DNA of 64,000 nt. Origin: Balanoglossus misakiensis. Its lineage: Eukaryota > Animalia > Hemichordata. Positions 24,401-36,785 of the stretch are shown here, piece after piece; position 1 is the stretch's first letter, and each line of letters opens with the position of its first letter. Made by a program: the position numbers and the translations under genes. The DNA lies in assembly GCA_040954595.2 (NCBI GenBank), contig CM082592.2, positions 8,915,677-8,979,676 on the forward strand, given 5' to 3'. The notes beneath the pieces were generated by a model, which was not told the origin of the DNA, ran no database searches, and saw only the letters and a program-made list of their open reading frames with translations.

Positions 24401-27400
24401 TATTATCAATCTCTATTTTATGTGGATCAGCCTGGTATTTGTAAAATAACTACGTATTATGACAATGAGATGTACAGAAAGTGAAAAGGTATTTATTTCT
24501 TTGGAGTCTTGTTTAAGTATTAAATGTAATGTTGTTTGACTGCAGTCTAGACATTTTATGTGCGACTTGTGCTGTTTGGCGGGTATTATCTCTAGAAGGA
24601 AAACAATTACATTGATTTATGCGCCATGATTCTGCTAATTCAGTGGCAGACTAACAAAGTCAGGGAGATAAATTAGACAAAAGCTCTCGCTGCAATTTTG
24701 TCGTAAATCATTCGCTTGACTCGTACTCTGACAGCTATCCTGCAGACAAGTTGTGCAAAGGAAGCCACCCACTGAGAATATGTTTAGGACAAACACAAGC
24801 AGCTCTGATCTTTCACATTTTACTGAGAGATTTGTGTCTTTTTTTCACGTTACTACATTTCAAGACATGCACGCTCCATATCACTTCATGACACTGACTA
24901 TCCCTGACATCACCACTTCCTGGCAGGAAGTGTCTTCGATGTCATCAGTTTATGGGGAGGATGTACCTGTGACATCATCACAAATTGAGTAAACGTTTTG
25001 GACATACAAGATGGCTGGCTCCCTAGTGGCTCTCTCTTGGAGGCAAACTTGAGGTTGAAATGAACTGTATACTTTCTTAATATACTCCTTTGAGTCAGCG
25101 CATGTCCTTACATGTATATTATACCCACGTGATAAAATTACTGAGATGAAATTATACCGCTTTAATTTTAGTGAAACTGATCTCTTATCAAAGAACCCAC
25201 TATACCAATCACCATGGTGACAAGAGAAACACTGTATGAATGGTGAGGTGGGCATGTCTTGTACCGACTTTCAAAACGAAGCTCATTAAAAAAAAAAACA
25301 GAAATGTCAGCCTGGAATTCTTTCTGGTATATCATTTCATCTGCGTAATTGTCTTTATATCTGATTTCAGTATCGTCTGCACTTTTGCTGATGGTTTTTA
25401 ACCAAAAAAGAAAAGAAAAATATTTTTAAAAAGGGTAAATGTATTATATCTCTATCATGATCATTGAGGAATGAGCTTCTGTAATGAAAACTGATACAGT
25501 ACTCAGGAAATGGGCATCTATTATAGAATGTACAGACAGATAACATGTCCAACAGAAAAGTGGATGGGTTGAAAGACCATCTGCTACTGGGGGAGGGGAC
25601 AACTGAGAATTAGGGAGGAGGAGTAGGAGGAGGAGGGGGGCGGGGGGAGGATGTGAGGGGGAATGACTGTTACCCCAGCATGACACCGAGATGAAATTAA
25701 CAAAAGGATGATGTGGCTATATATATCTGTTACCTTCAGTGTTAACATCATCTTCGTCTATTATGCAAATGAGGATGATAAATCATTTTAATAAAACAAA
25801 ACGGGGGGAAAAAAGAAAAGAAAAGAAAGTATAAAATGAGACAGTGCGGCTTATGTCGTTTGACGTTTATGAAGTTAACGAATATGATTTGATGTATATG
25901 AGCTGATTGTTACCGGTAATAAATAAAAGCCATTGCCAAATATTGTTGCCTATAAAAGCAAAACAGGGCACAAGCCACCGACTGTGCACACGTAACAAAC
26001 ACATTAATTGGATACAATGTAACAATTCTTACGTGTAGCAGAATGACCCAACCAATAAGTGTTCGATGCATAGTTTAACAACATATTTTGTACATGCTTA
26101 TTAGCATAATGTAGGTGCAAGGGGGAAGGCACTTTGAAATAATGTGTGTGAAAAACAAAGTTAACCGTACCTGCTACCCTTTCTATGAAGTTGGAAGGCA
26201 CTAAACCCCGTCTACCATCCATTAACTCTCCCTCGTAAAATCCATCCTGCAAAAATAAAAGAAAAATTCACATCCTTGGTTAAAGTAAGGAATAACAGAC
26301 TAGCAACAACATGGCACGTTATAACAGACTTTTCAACATGTAAATGCATGAAGCTGAATGAAGGAATTTGATTAGACAGAGCAAGTCGTGTTGAGACAGG
26401 ATTTCAAGGTTTCAAATAAATGACAATATCTCCTCTCTGTATATTAATCTTTGCGAGTCAGACCAGGAATTCTGAATTTCAAGGTTTCAAACTAATTACA
26501 ATTTCTCCCAACATATTAATTTTTCACTGTTGCACACAGAACAGAGAGACAAACCCACCTCATCCATGTCACCGTATACATAGATATATTCCCCAGCGTT
26601 GAGAGCCAGCTCAGACTCGGGGCTCTCGTTGGGCGAGTATTGCATAGGATCGTAGCTGTAACGTGCGATGAACACGGCCAGCTTGTCACGTTTTGGAGCA
26701 GCTGCGTGCCTGAGTATGTTCATATCTATCTTGTCGCTGATTTCCTCCATCAGGTCTTCTGCGTCGCTGCCGCTATCCATCTGCAAAAATAATTAATATG
26801 ACAGGCGGAAAAAAAAATTATGAAAAATTCATCACAAGCGATGAGAGAGCTAAATCAACATCAAGGATGGTCTGTATACTTTCTCAAATACTGGATGACC
26901 CATGCAGTTTTCCAGCAGTATGTCTTACACTTTTCGATGAGTCCACTGTTTGTATGTACTGTATATATAATGGTCGCAAAAAATCTTCAGAAATTGTTGT
27001 CATTTACAGACAGATGGCCATTTGGGAAGGAGAAAGTAGAAAACTCAAAGCACCTTGCCTGACAAACTGCGTGCACTGTCAAACCCCCTGCTGGGTATGC
27101 AATGGAACGCCACCCCAAAAAAATTATTTCCCTTGGAAACACAGGAAACGGTCTGATCAACTCCGGCTGCAGAAAAACTTTCCGAGGGCTAAATTGATCA
27201 ATGCTGTCTCGTGACTTGATGAGAACCCTCACAAATCAAACGAGATATAATCCTGAAATAATTGTGTTTGATATGTGGAATCACGATTCAGCACATAGTG
27301 TACTTGTATGGGTCTTTACTTAAATGTCACATAATATTACATGTACTTCACTTTTCACGATCCTTGGTATGCCAAATGAAAGCATATGACATTTGACGAC

Positions 27401-30400
27401 AGAATGACCATTTTTTTGAGGGGACCGTTTTGTGGCTGCGACATTTAACTCTAGACACATCACACTACGAAGCCCAAGTTTTTGCTTCGCTCTTGAAACA
27501 CTTCTACAGCTGCTTATTTACATTTTCCATCCAAGATCTCAGATTGCGACTAATCAGGAAGCAATTGCAAGCACAAGCGAATGTTCACATCTTAGATGAG
27601 CCTCTTCCATTTCCACTCCATAATGCCATTTACAGATCACAAATAAACGTCTCCCAGCCGACTGTGTCTCAGATCTCAGAATATGAGAACACCCAAAGCA
27701 AGATGGAGACAGACCGTTGTGCTAGACAATTATGTCTCTATCTTTTCTGATACAAGAAGTACATCGTATGAGTCATCGGTTCCACCGTGAAGGTAATAAC
27801 AGCAGTCAAATGAGCTGAACTCTATTATCAATTTTCCTCTTTTACTTGTTAATCACTCTCCTCAAAGATTACTTAGAAGCCTCACCGCTAACGGAATCAC
27901 TAAATGCATTCAACATTATCCATGAGAACTATTACAATACGGAAGGCCAGAGTAATTATTCAAGTCCTGCCATCCCTACGTTTATAACCAACCATTTCAG
28001 ATGGTATGACCCATCTCACAAAAGGAATCTGTCTCTCCCCAGTCTGTTAGAATTTACATCAAATCTTAAACACATCTGTTAGAATTATTTTCACTGACCT
28101 CATCCACAACTTTTTACCCCATCAAATAAAATAAATGTCCTTATTGATATAAAACGAATGAAAAATATATATGTTCCCTGAGTCTATGTTTTATGTCAGT
28201 CTGTTCTTTGAATGTTATATATTTTGCGCAGCAGTCAAATTATCATCGGGTTAGAGACTGAAAACAATTTGAATGGTGTGAATTAAACATGTCATCATAA
28301 AACGTCTGATATAATTACAGTTTTTGTCCTGTTGGCACCCATTTTAGTTCTTGTGCTGACATGGATCAGAACAGACAATGGATTTTCCATTAAATGACCA
28401 GCTTCAGATCAAAATTCACAGCGTGAGGAGACCAAATCAAGTTTTTAATCGAGCAATTTAGTGACAATTGAACAAAAGCTGAGAAAGGGAACACTTTATT
28501 TCGTTTCCATAGCTGCCAGCACATTCATCAGTCAGTTCACGACAGATTGTGGTGTTTTGACATATTAATATCTTTGATTTTCGGCAGTGTAATTTCACTT
28601 TCAAGAAAGCATGCCTTCTGTTCATTTGACCTCTGACCCTATACGCCATTCACTGATTGGTTAATACCTGCATGGTATGGCCTTTGACCCCCATCTTTCT
28701 GCAGTCCCTCAGTGCACAAAATGTACACATTTGTATCTTTTGAGTCATGCGTGAAAAGATTTAAAATCATCAATTATGATGACAACTGTCACAAATGCGG
28801 TCAAACGACATAAATTTTGGAACATTATCAAACATGAAATGGATAACAGTACATAATTCGTTTCTTATCTGATCTGACATTTAGTATGCACGACACTGTC
28901 TACTGGATATTTGTCTTTAAAACACTGCCCGTGTGGCCGAAAAACAACAACAGTAATCAGGAGAAAAAAAGCCGAATGTGCAGTGAACTGGAACAAATAT
29001 TGATGCACATCATGAATATTATCTAAACTGACAAATGAGTAATCAGGCCCAGAATGTGACGACAATACTGATCATGACATTAACTTCAAATTATGCATGT
29101 CAGTCTCCATGACAACATGATCTTCTGAGAAAAACCTTGTGATACAAGATTAAAAGGTCTCTTGTTTTCAAAACAATCATTAAGCCTAATTGTTTTTTCA
29201 GAACTCTCACTTTTTCGAATTCAAAGAAAAGCTACTGTAGTATTTGTTTAGTCTAGATTGTTTTCTTAGAATCTACTTCAATGTCACTCAATGTCATAAT
29301 GGTAGAACTTGTCTGCCTGACAATGCACTGAATTTCAAAGACATGAAATGTCAACATAGGAGTTTGTTCTGAGAAAGAACTGTTCAAATAGTTGAAATAT
29401 GACACTACACAAACTTAGCACACAATATTGCTGGCTTATAACTCAAAGCAGTACATCTATCATAAAAACTACAAAACCCTGTTATTTTAGAGACCCTTTT
29501 TTGCCGTTGTTATCTCATTTGAGAAATACCAATAAGCTTCGTCTGATGTTAATAATTCTTGTGCTTACCAAGTCGTTATGCAAACATCATCACTGTCATT
29601 TCAATTTAAATAATTCTTTCATTCAAATATGACTTCACGCTTTTGTAAATATGACATCACATCTGTCATCTGTTATTAAACGAGGTAAATGTGGTCAATT
29701 ATTGATGGTTTTTTGGAAACATTGCAAGCAGTAGAAATCTACCACAGCCTGAATAATTGATCAAATTAGAGAAAAAAGCCAACGTAGTCACTCAAAAATA
29801 AAATAATGAAATAGTTCAAAAAATAGTAAAAATAAAATGTGCCAAATACAGATCATAAGGACAAACTATGTACAAATGTAACACAGAGACAACCAGCTAT
29901 TACTCATCTTAAATTTACCTTCAGGTAGAAATTATGCTCCCAACCTTGACCTTGGACCTAAGACCTTTGAGGTTACACACATATAATTATCCAATTCTGA
30001 GCCGATAGTACTATGAATGGAAAATGACTGCATTTCATACATACTACCAGCCATGACCTTTTAATACAGGCGGAAAATCACCCAGAGACTTATTTTGAGC
30101 CGGAAGTCCAAATTCTAAGTCTGGCTCAGCTGTGACGTATATTCAGGGATGTTCCGGATACCGCAGGTCGGAGATAGACTGAAGTGATCCCCGATATTAG
30201 ATTGCGATAGGTGGAAATAAACGGCCATCAGTTATGCACAGAACAGACGTACCTACACAAAGACGGAGACCGGTGATTGTAGCAACTGCAGTCATCACAC
30301 AGGGGCGTGTATATATCTACACTCACTTCCAGAAAACCATCATCATTATCCGATCCGGCATCAGCCTCACGTGATTCCGATACTCTCTGTCTCGTGGGGG

Positions 30401-33400
30401 GAAACCACCATGTGACAGACCTCCAGTCGCAGAGTACAAATTTAGGCCCAGACGTGCAGAAATAACCCCACCAACACCACGACAGAGCTATCTCAACGCG
30501 AGTGTGAGAGACACACTGCCAGTTCAGAATATACTAGCACATTACAGCAGTCGTCTTGGGGGAAAGACCTCATGAATAATACATCACACTGCATTAATCA
30601 CACGTCCTGATGTGATGAATGGATCAAAATTGCCTTCATTATGAATATTAATTTATTCATTAGTTGGCCTTCCGTTTTTAATTATCTCCATTATTTCCAA
30701 ACTATAACTAGTTTATCAATCAATATTTGAGGAGTAAAATTTCCCCGTAGCATAGCATACCAAGCCACTGAAACAGGAAATGGCGAATCCAATCCCACTG
30801 CACATTTTAATATAGCTTAAGGTATTCCCAACAATGTATCGCTATCTTGGAGGATAATCCACAGATACGTGTACCGGTATATTCCCGTTAAATCCTCACC
30901 TTTCCGTTCTCAACTACATCTTTTGACGACCTTGACCGTGACCGCGACCTCTCACTCCTGGCACTTCTCTCCGACTTGACCGAGGCAGCATCCCCTGAAA
31001 GCAAAGCATTAGGCATCCATCAAATTAGCTGTGACTGCTGCTTAAAAAGACGGGTATAAAACAATTAACTGTTTTAATATGTCTTGACCTATTTCAATAA
31101 ATTAGCAGAAGATTTCCCATCAAGTAGCCATTAATTGGTTTGTGGTGGACAGATAAGTAATTACAGGATCTGAACATCTCATCTATCCTCATATTCAGGT
31201 TGGACACATCAAGTCAAGAATGCAAATTTACAGAGTCATTTTATGTTGCCAAAGAAATGTCTCCAGTAACATTTTAATGACTGACAGTGAGTCATTCCAA
31301 ATTACCAGTACTAGATATCCACGCATTTACTTTCTAGAATTCTTCCTGATTACCCTCTTCCAAAAAGTACTTATTCAGTTTGAAAAAATATAGATCATTT
31401 AAGTGTCCTCTTTTTGATCTAATCTGCCAAGGTTCTCACGATGTATGGCTATTTATACAACTGCATACAAAATGGATGATTCAAAGTCTGCCATGAATGG
31501 GTCAATAATTTTATGAGAATAACACACTGCCATGCATGTTTATTTGTATGACTGCATATCCATTTTTCATTTTGTTTAAATTAATGAATTAAACAGGACT
31601 GGTGTTTATGGACTAGTGCACAATCCTGCCACAGAGGGCGTTGCTAAACATAAAGGTACAGATAAATGATACTGAGTGCTTCTGGCAGTAGGTTTGGAAC
31701 AGGGTTGGCTGTTAAACAGTGACTTGAGCCCAGCAGCAAACGGGTCTCGAGTTCTGCTTAATATAGAAATCACTCCCAAAGGAAGTCACTGCAACTACAT
31801 TGTACCAGAGGGGGGATACACTATATGCACTCCGGGAGGTCTGAGGTGGGCGAAGTGGGAGAGGCAGCAGATCACTGCAAATCTTCAGGAAGAGTGATTT
31901 GGTCTGGTGCTTTGCAGATTATAGTTCTTGAATGGATGCGTGCAGGCGGAAAAATGCTGGAACAACGTAAGGGTGGTTCAGGGCTTTTAGTGTGAGCATT
32001 GGGATGAATCCATGGGTGTACCTTAGCTGGTGCAATTAAGACTAAGGCTAGGCTGTGATGGAGGTGGGTTAAGTGTATGCTATGAAAGCAAACTGTGCAA
32101 GCTTAATTCTGGGGTCTATGATTACGCACAGCATGTGTTAAACTACAGCATGCAGGAGACAGCAGCAACAGAAAGAAAACGGCACCACCATTCTTACAAG
32201 CTGTTTAAGTCTAATCACCTTGGCCGATAGGGAAAGTGTCGTCTTCAGTGTCGGACGTGGTGAGACGCCGAATATCGGCGCCGAACGACAGATCGTCATC
32301 AAGGCCTACGACGCCTGCCTCCTCCAGAAGACGACGTCTCTCCCGTTCATCGTTAGCAAAGCTTAGGGGTTCCTCGTCCCCCTCCACAAAACCTGCCAAA
32401 TAAAATTGTGCGTTCAAGCCAGAGTTGGCCAGGGGAGGGGGGGGGGCAAACGAAAGAGCAGCCACAAAAAGAAACCGCAACTAGATTGACATAGAGACAA
32501 ATGGAAGTGATCCACAGATGCAGCGAAGGGTGGGCAGGTTATGCAGTGGTCCGGGTGACTACAACACTGGCAAATGACATCATGATGGTAGCCATGGTTA
32601 CCAATACTATGATGGATGCTACTCATAGGTACTGGAATGAAGACTTCCAACAAACATGACAGTGAAAATACAGGTTGATGTACTATTCCACTGGATGCAA
32701 AAAGGAAAGAAAGTGAAGTGGGGGGGGGGGGGGGGGGGGGTTAACCCTCAGTTCACTACGGTTTGGCTGAAATCCATTGTTTTCTATGGTAAAGTTGGAC
32801 CTCTACAGAGGGAACTAGGGGAGGGGGTGAAAGGGTTAATTGTCAAGTGGCTGGAAACATACATGTATGTTTCATGCACAGTCTTGTTTTTTATAATAAC
32901 ATGGCAACAGAAGACAATGGCCACAATTTTATGGGTATGAAGGGATGACCGGGCTTGTACCAAGTATTTCACAGAATGGAAATGAAGACAGTGAAATATT
33001 TATGGGTCATTGATTACGGAATTACATGGAAATGAGCGAAAGTTGCCATGGGTCTGGCATGGTTCGGCCGGTTACAATATGTGAGGAATTAGACAACACT
33101 TGTTAAGCAAGGGCAGCTCAGTCGGTATAAATTTGCAGCAAAGTTACAGAAAAGATTTTAACTCATACATTTAGGTTTGGGTTCAACTTTGAGGTGTTTT
33201 AGCTTGCAGGTATACTATTACTGTGTGCATTTCACACAATTAGAAATTAAAATCAAATTACAGCATGTTTAGAAAAAAACATATTACACATAGTTGGATC
33301 ACCATTTCTGAACTCAACATTTTCTCAACGCTATAAACTATGCAGATGTCTTGAGGTGACCTGTGACCTTACCTGTGTCGATGGACTTGGTAGCCTCCAA

Positions 33401-36400
33401 AGGCTTCCGTCTTTCTTTCTTGATTGGAACGTCGCCAACCCATGACCCTTCGTTGAACTCATCACCTGCAAAGTACGAAGTACAGAAGGAGGTGAAGCTA
33501 CAACTTTACAAGAGTATCTGCTGTGAGAACTGACATGTCATGAATATTCTATGCAATTTCTTTTTTCACCGACATTGAAAATTACAAAGTGATTCTCAGT
33601 ATAGACGTCAATGATGGCTGGTCATTTGGGTGCCATTACACAGGCAGCTATAGATGGCTCAGGAGGGACCCAGTTTATCAGTATGGGAAATTCAACATAC
33701 ACACATTGGTTATTTGTTACTCAACTTGTCAGGCTGTTGATAAGGAATGCATACACACAAATATACACTGGGGTGTGCTTTGCAGAAGAATAAAAAAATG
33801 AGAACGGTTCTTGTCAAGCATGTCTTACCACGTGACTCATCGCCCAGAACTCCCTCGGCAGCCAGCGATGCGGAAACAATGCCCGATTGCTTCTTAGCAA
33901 GCTGCTCTTTCGTCTTGGGTGTGCCGCGTCCGTTTTCCCCGAACCCCTCATCAGAGAGACTTTCCGGCGAGGTCTGGATGGCGATCTCGACTTTTGGAGA
34001 GCCCGCTCTCTTGGTTGCTTCTCTCCGCAGTGAGCTCAGCTCTTGAGAGAGTTGGTTGAAGTTTTCCGTCTGTTCTACGCATTTTCGCTCCAGCGACTGC
34101 ACTTTGGTTTCTAGTTGCTCCACAGCTTGTCTGTGCGTTCTCTTGGCCGCTTCCTGTGCCTACGAGCAGAGAAGATAAACAAGAACTACATGTTTACTTC
34201 TCGCTTCAAAATTACAATGGGATATATCAAGATGGTATGACATAGAAAGTGATTGATTGATTGATTTAGTGACTAGAAAATAGGGACTTATATTTGATGT
34301 ACAGAATTAAGACACTGATAAATCAACGAATACTTCACCTACTGCCCTGTTGAAAAACGAATATCATACTACACACGTTTCACTTAAATGTACCGTGTAA
34401 GCGCAGTGATGTTATGAACTGTAATTCCATATGGTTCAACAAGACGTACGACACAAATGACTTCTGCACTGGTACAAACTTAATCAAAAATAACGCGTGT
34501 CTTCTTGATGCGGGTTCTTTCAATGGGGGCGAGCACGGCCATTTGCCGTGCTATCATAAAACACGATCGATTGCGTTTAGCGAAAATCCAATTTGTAAGT
34601 TGTTAACAACAGAGCCTAGTCTTACATGTAATTTGGGAAAGATAAGCAAAGCCAATTTGCAGGTGATGACCTCAATATCCCTAGCTGTAATGGGTTGGCT
34701 CACACTGACATCCCTGCTTATGACTTTCCGTTGAACTCTAACCCTGTATTTAATACTCTGCGAAAAATTTCTGAATGACGCTTCAGTGATTTTCAGGGGC
34801 TTCAAGTGTCTTATTTGGATGAATGTTGTATCATAGACAGTAGAGGGGGGAAGACTGTCTATGATACAACTACTGTCTATGGTTGTATGTAACGCAGAAA
34901 GCTGTATGATGTCATACAGAAAAACACGAGGATGTAAGGTACATTCAGGGGTCATGAATGTGACACATTAGAAATCTTCTCCCTGGGTTTTTCCTCACGA
35001 CTACTTCTCAGTATTCTACAAGCACATGCAACGATCACAGGTACACCGGCTAAATTAGTATGCACGCCATACCTGTTGTAGCTGTCGAACATCATCTTGC
35101 TTGGCTTGCAGACTGCGTAAGGCTTCTTGGTATTCAGCCTCGAGTTGTTTCCGCTTCTCGGCCGCTTCTTGCATATGCTGTGATGAGTGACATGTCCACA
35201 GAGAAAGAAAGAGAGAGAAAAAGAAGAAAAGGTCAATTTGATGGCGAGCAAGTACATGTGAGCACTTCAGGAGTCTATGAGGCAAGACCCAAATGGAGAC
35301 ATCGGTGGTAAAACTCTTCAAGGGTATATAAAAGAAAACATCACGATTAGCAGGAAAACACTCAGATCTCACTTTTCATTTTCTTTCTCAAAGGGCATAA
35401 AAGCACTTTGAGAATAACATTCTCTTTGAAATGATTTTAAATTATTGAGTGATGCTGCTAAACTACGTGGCCATGAACTTTTTTGGCAAACACTTTGCGT
35501 CACATCAGATTACTGCCAGGCACATTTGCTAATTTGGTAGTTGTTCTTCAATTATATCTCTGTCACTTTCTCCACCATGAGAAGCATCGCAGGTGATGTC
35601 CACAGAGCTTTCGACATCTCCAAGGCTGACTCCGCATCCTTCTGCTTGATTGGCTATCTTTATCATCCCACACATCGCAGGTCAATCCAATCAAATGTGA
35701 ATTATTTCGGCACCAGAGCGTACAGATGCCCCCAAGACAGTACCCAAATTAGCCACACATTCATACCACTGTTTTCAGTATGAGCTAACGTCTGCAGAAA
35801 CTTGCAAAGTTGTTTGCATGATCCCATGATAATCATAATTTTGAAAATTTAATCCCCCTCCACACTTTCTCAAACTGATGATGCATCAAACTATCGATGA
35901 TACATTTTCTTTTTCGTAATCCTGAAAAATGCTTTCCATGGATTGCACAGGACCTTCCTATACCAAAGTCTTACAGCAATTTCGGCATTAAAACCAGGAT
36001 TAATGTTTTCAACACACTGCACAGAGACTAGCTAGAAGACTAAGCCACTAATACGGCTGTTATTTCTCCTACGCAATAACAAAAGCCCTGCTCAAAACTG
36101 AGGCACATTTTCAAATCCTCCCCAAATATAGTCAAATCCCTGGAGCACTTTGTGATCTTCTGATCTGCTTGTTGCGTCAGCAGCCAAGAAGATTTCTTTC
36201 TTTCTCAGAAATAAAGGAACAAAACCACGCACACACCTTTACTGTTGACTCCAGTTTGTCAACGTTACTCTGCAGCTGATCGCGTTCGTTGGATAGAGTC
36301 TGTCTGGCTGTTGCCAAGTCAACCACCTGTTCCTGTAAATGATGGCATTCTTCTTTAAGCTGCGGGGAGAAAAGACAAGCAAACCTTGTTTTACATGGGG

Positions 36401-36737
36401 GAGAAAAGTCACGATCGGGAGCAAAAGTTGCGGGTTTGACCGAGACACACTCACATACACGCACACGTCATTGCCCATGACATGACTGGTAAAGCACCTG
36501 CATCAGTTATAAGCTTCTTACTGCATATAATTTATGAGACTGGACGTCGTCGATGTGAGGAGACTTTGTATTGTTCACTGAGTGAGTGGCTCAGGGTCAG
36601 CTAATCACTGCGAATAGTTTACACGGATGTAAGATAGATTTATTATGCCTTGATTACTGCATGCCCTATACTGACTGCTTCCTTGATAACATCATCATCA
36701 TCATCATCATCATCATCACCACCATCATCATCCTCAC

Positions 36738-36785
<48 letters not shown>

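Noticed and set aside
33112-33130. tRNA A-box-like word (agctcagtcggta); similar at ~60057
   Set aside because: No B-box or cloverleaf, so no tRNA or SINE can be called.
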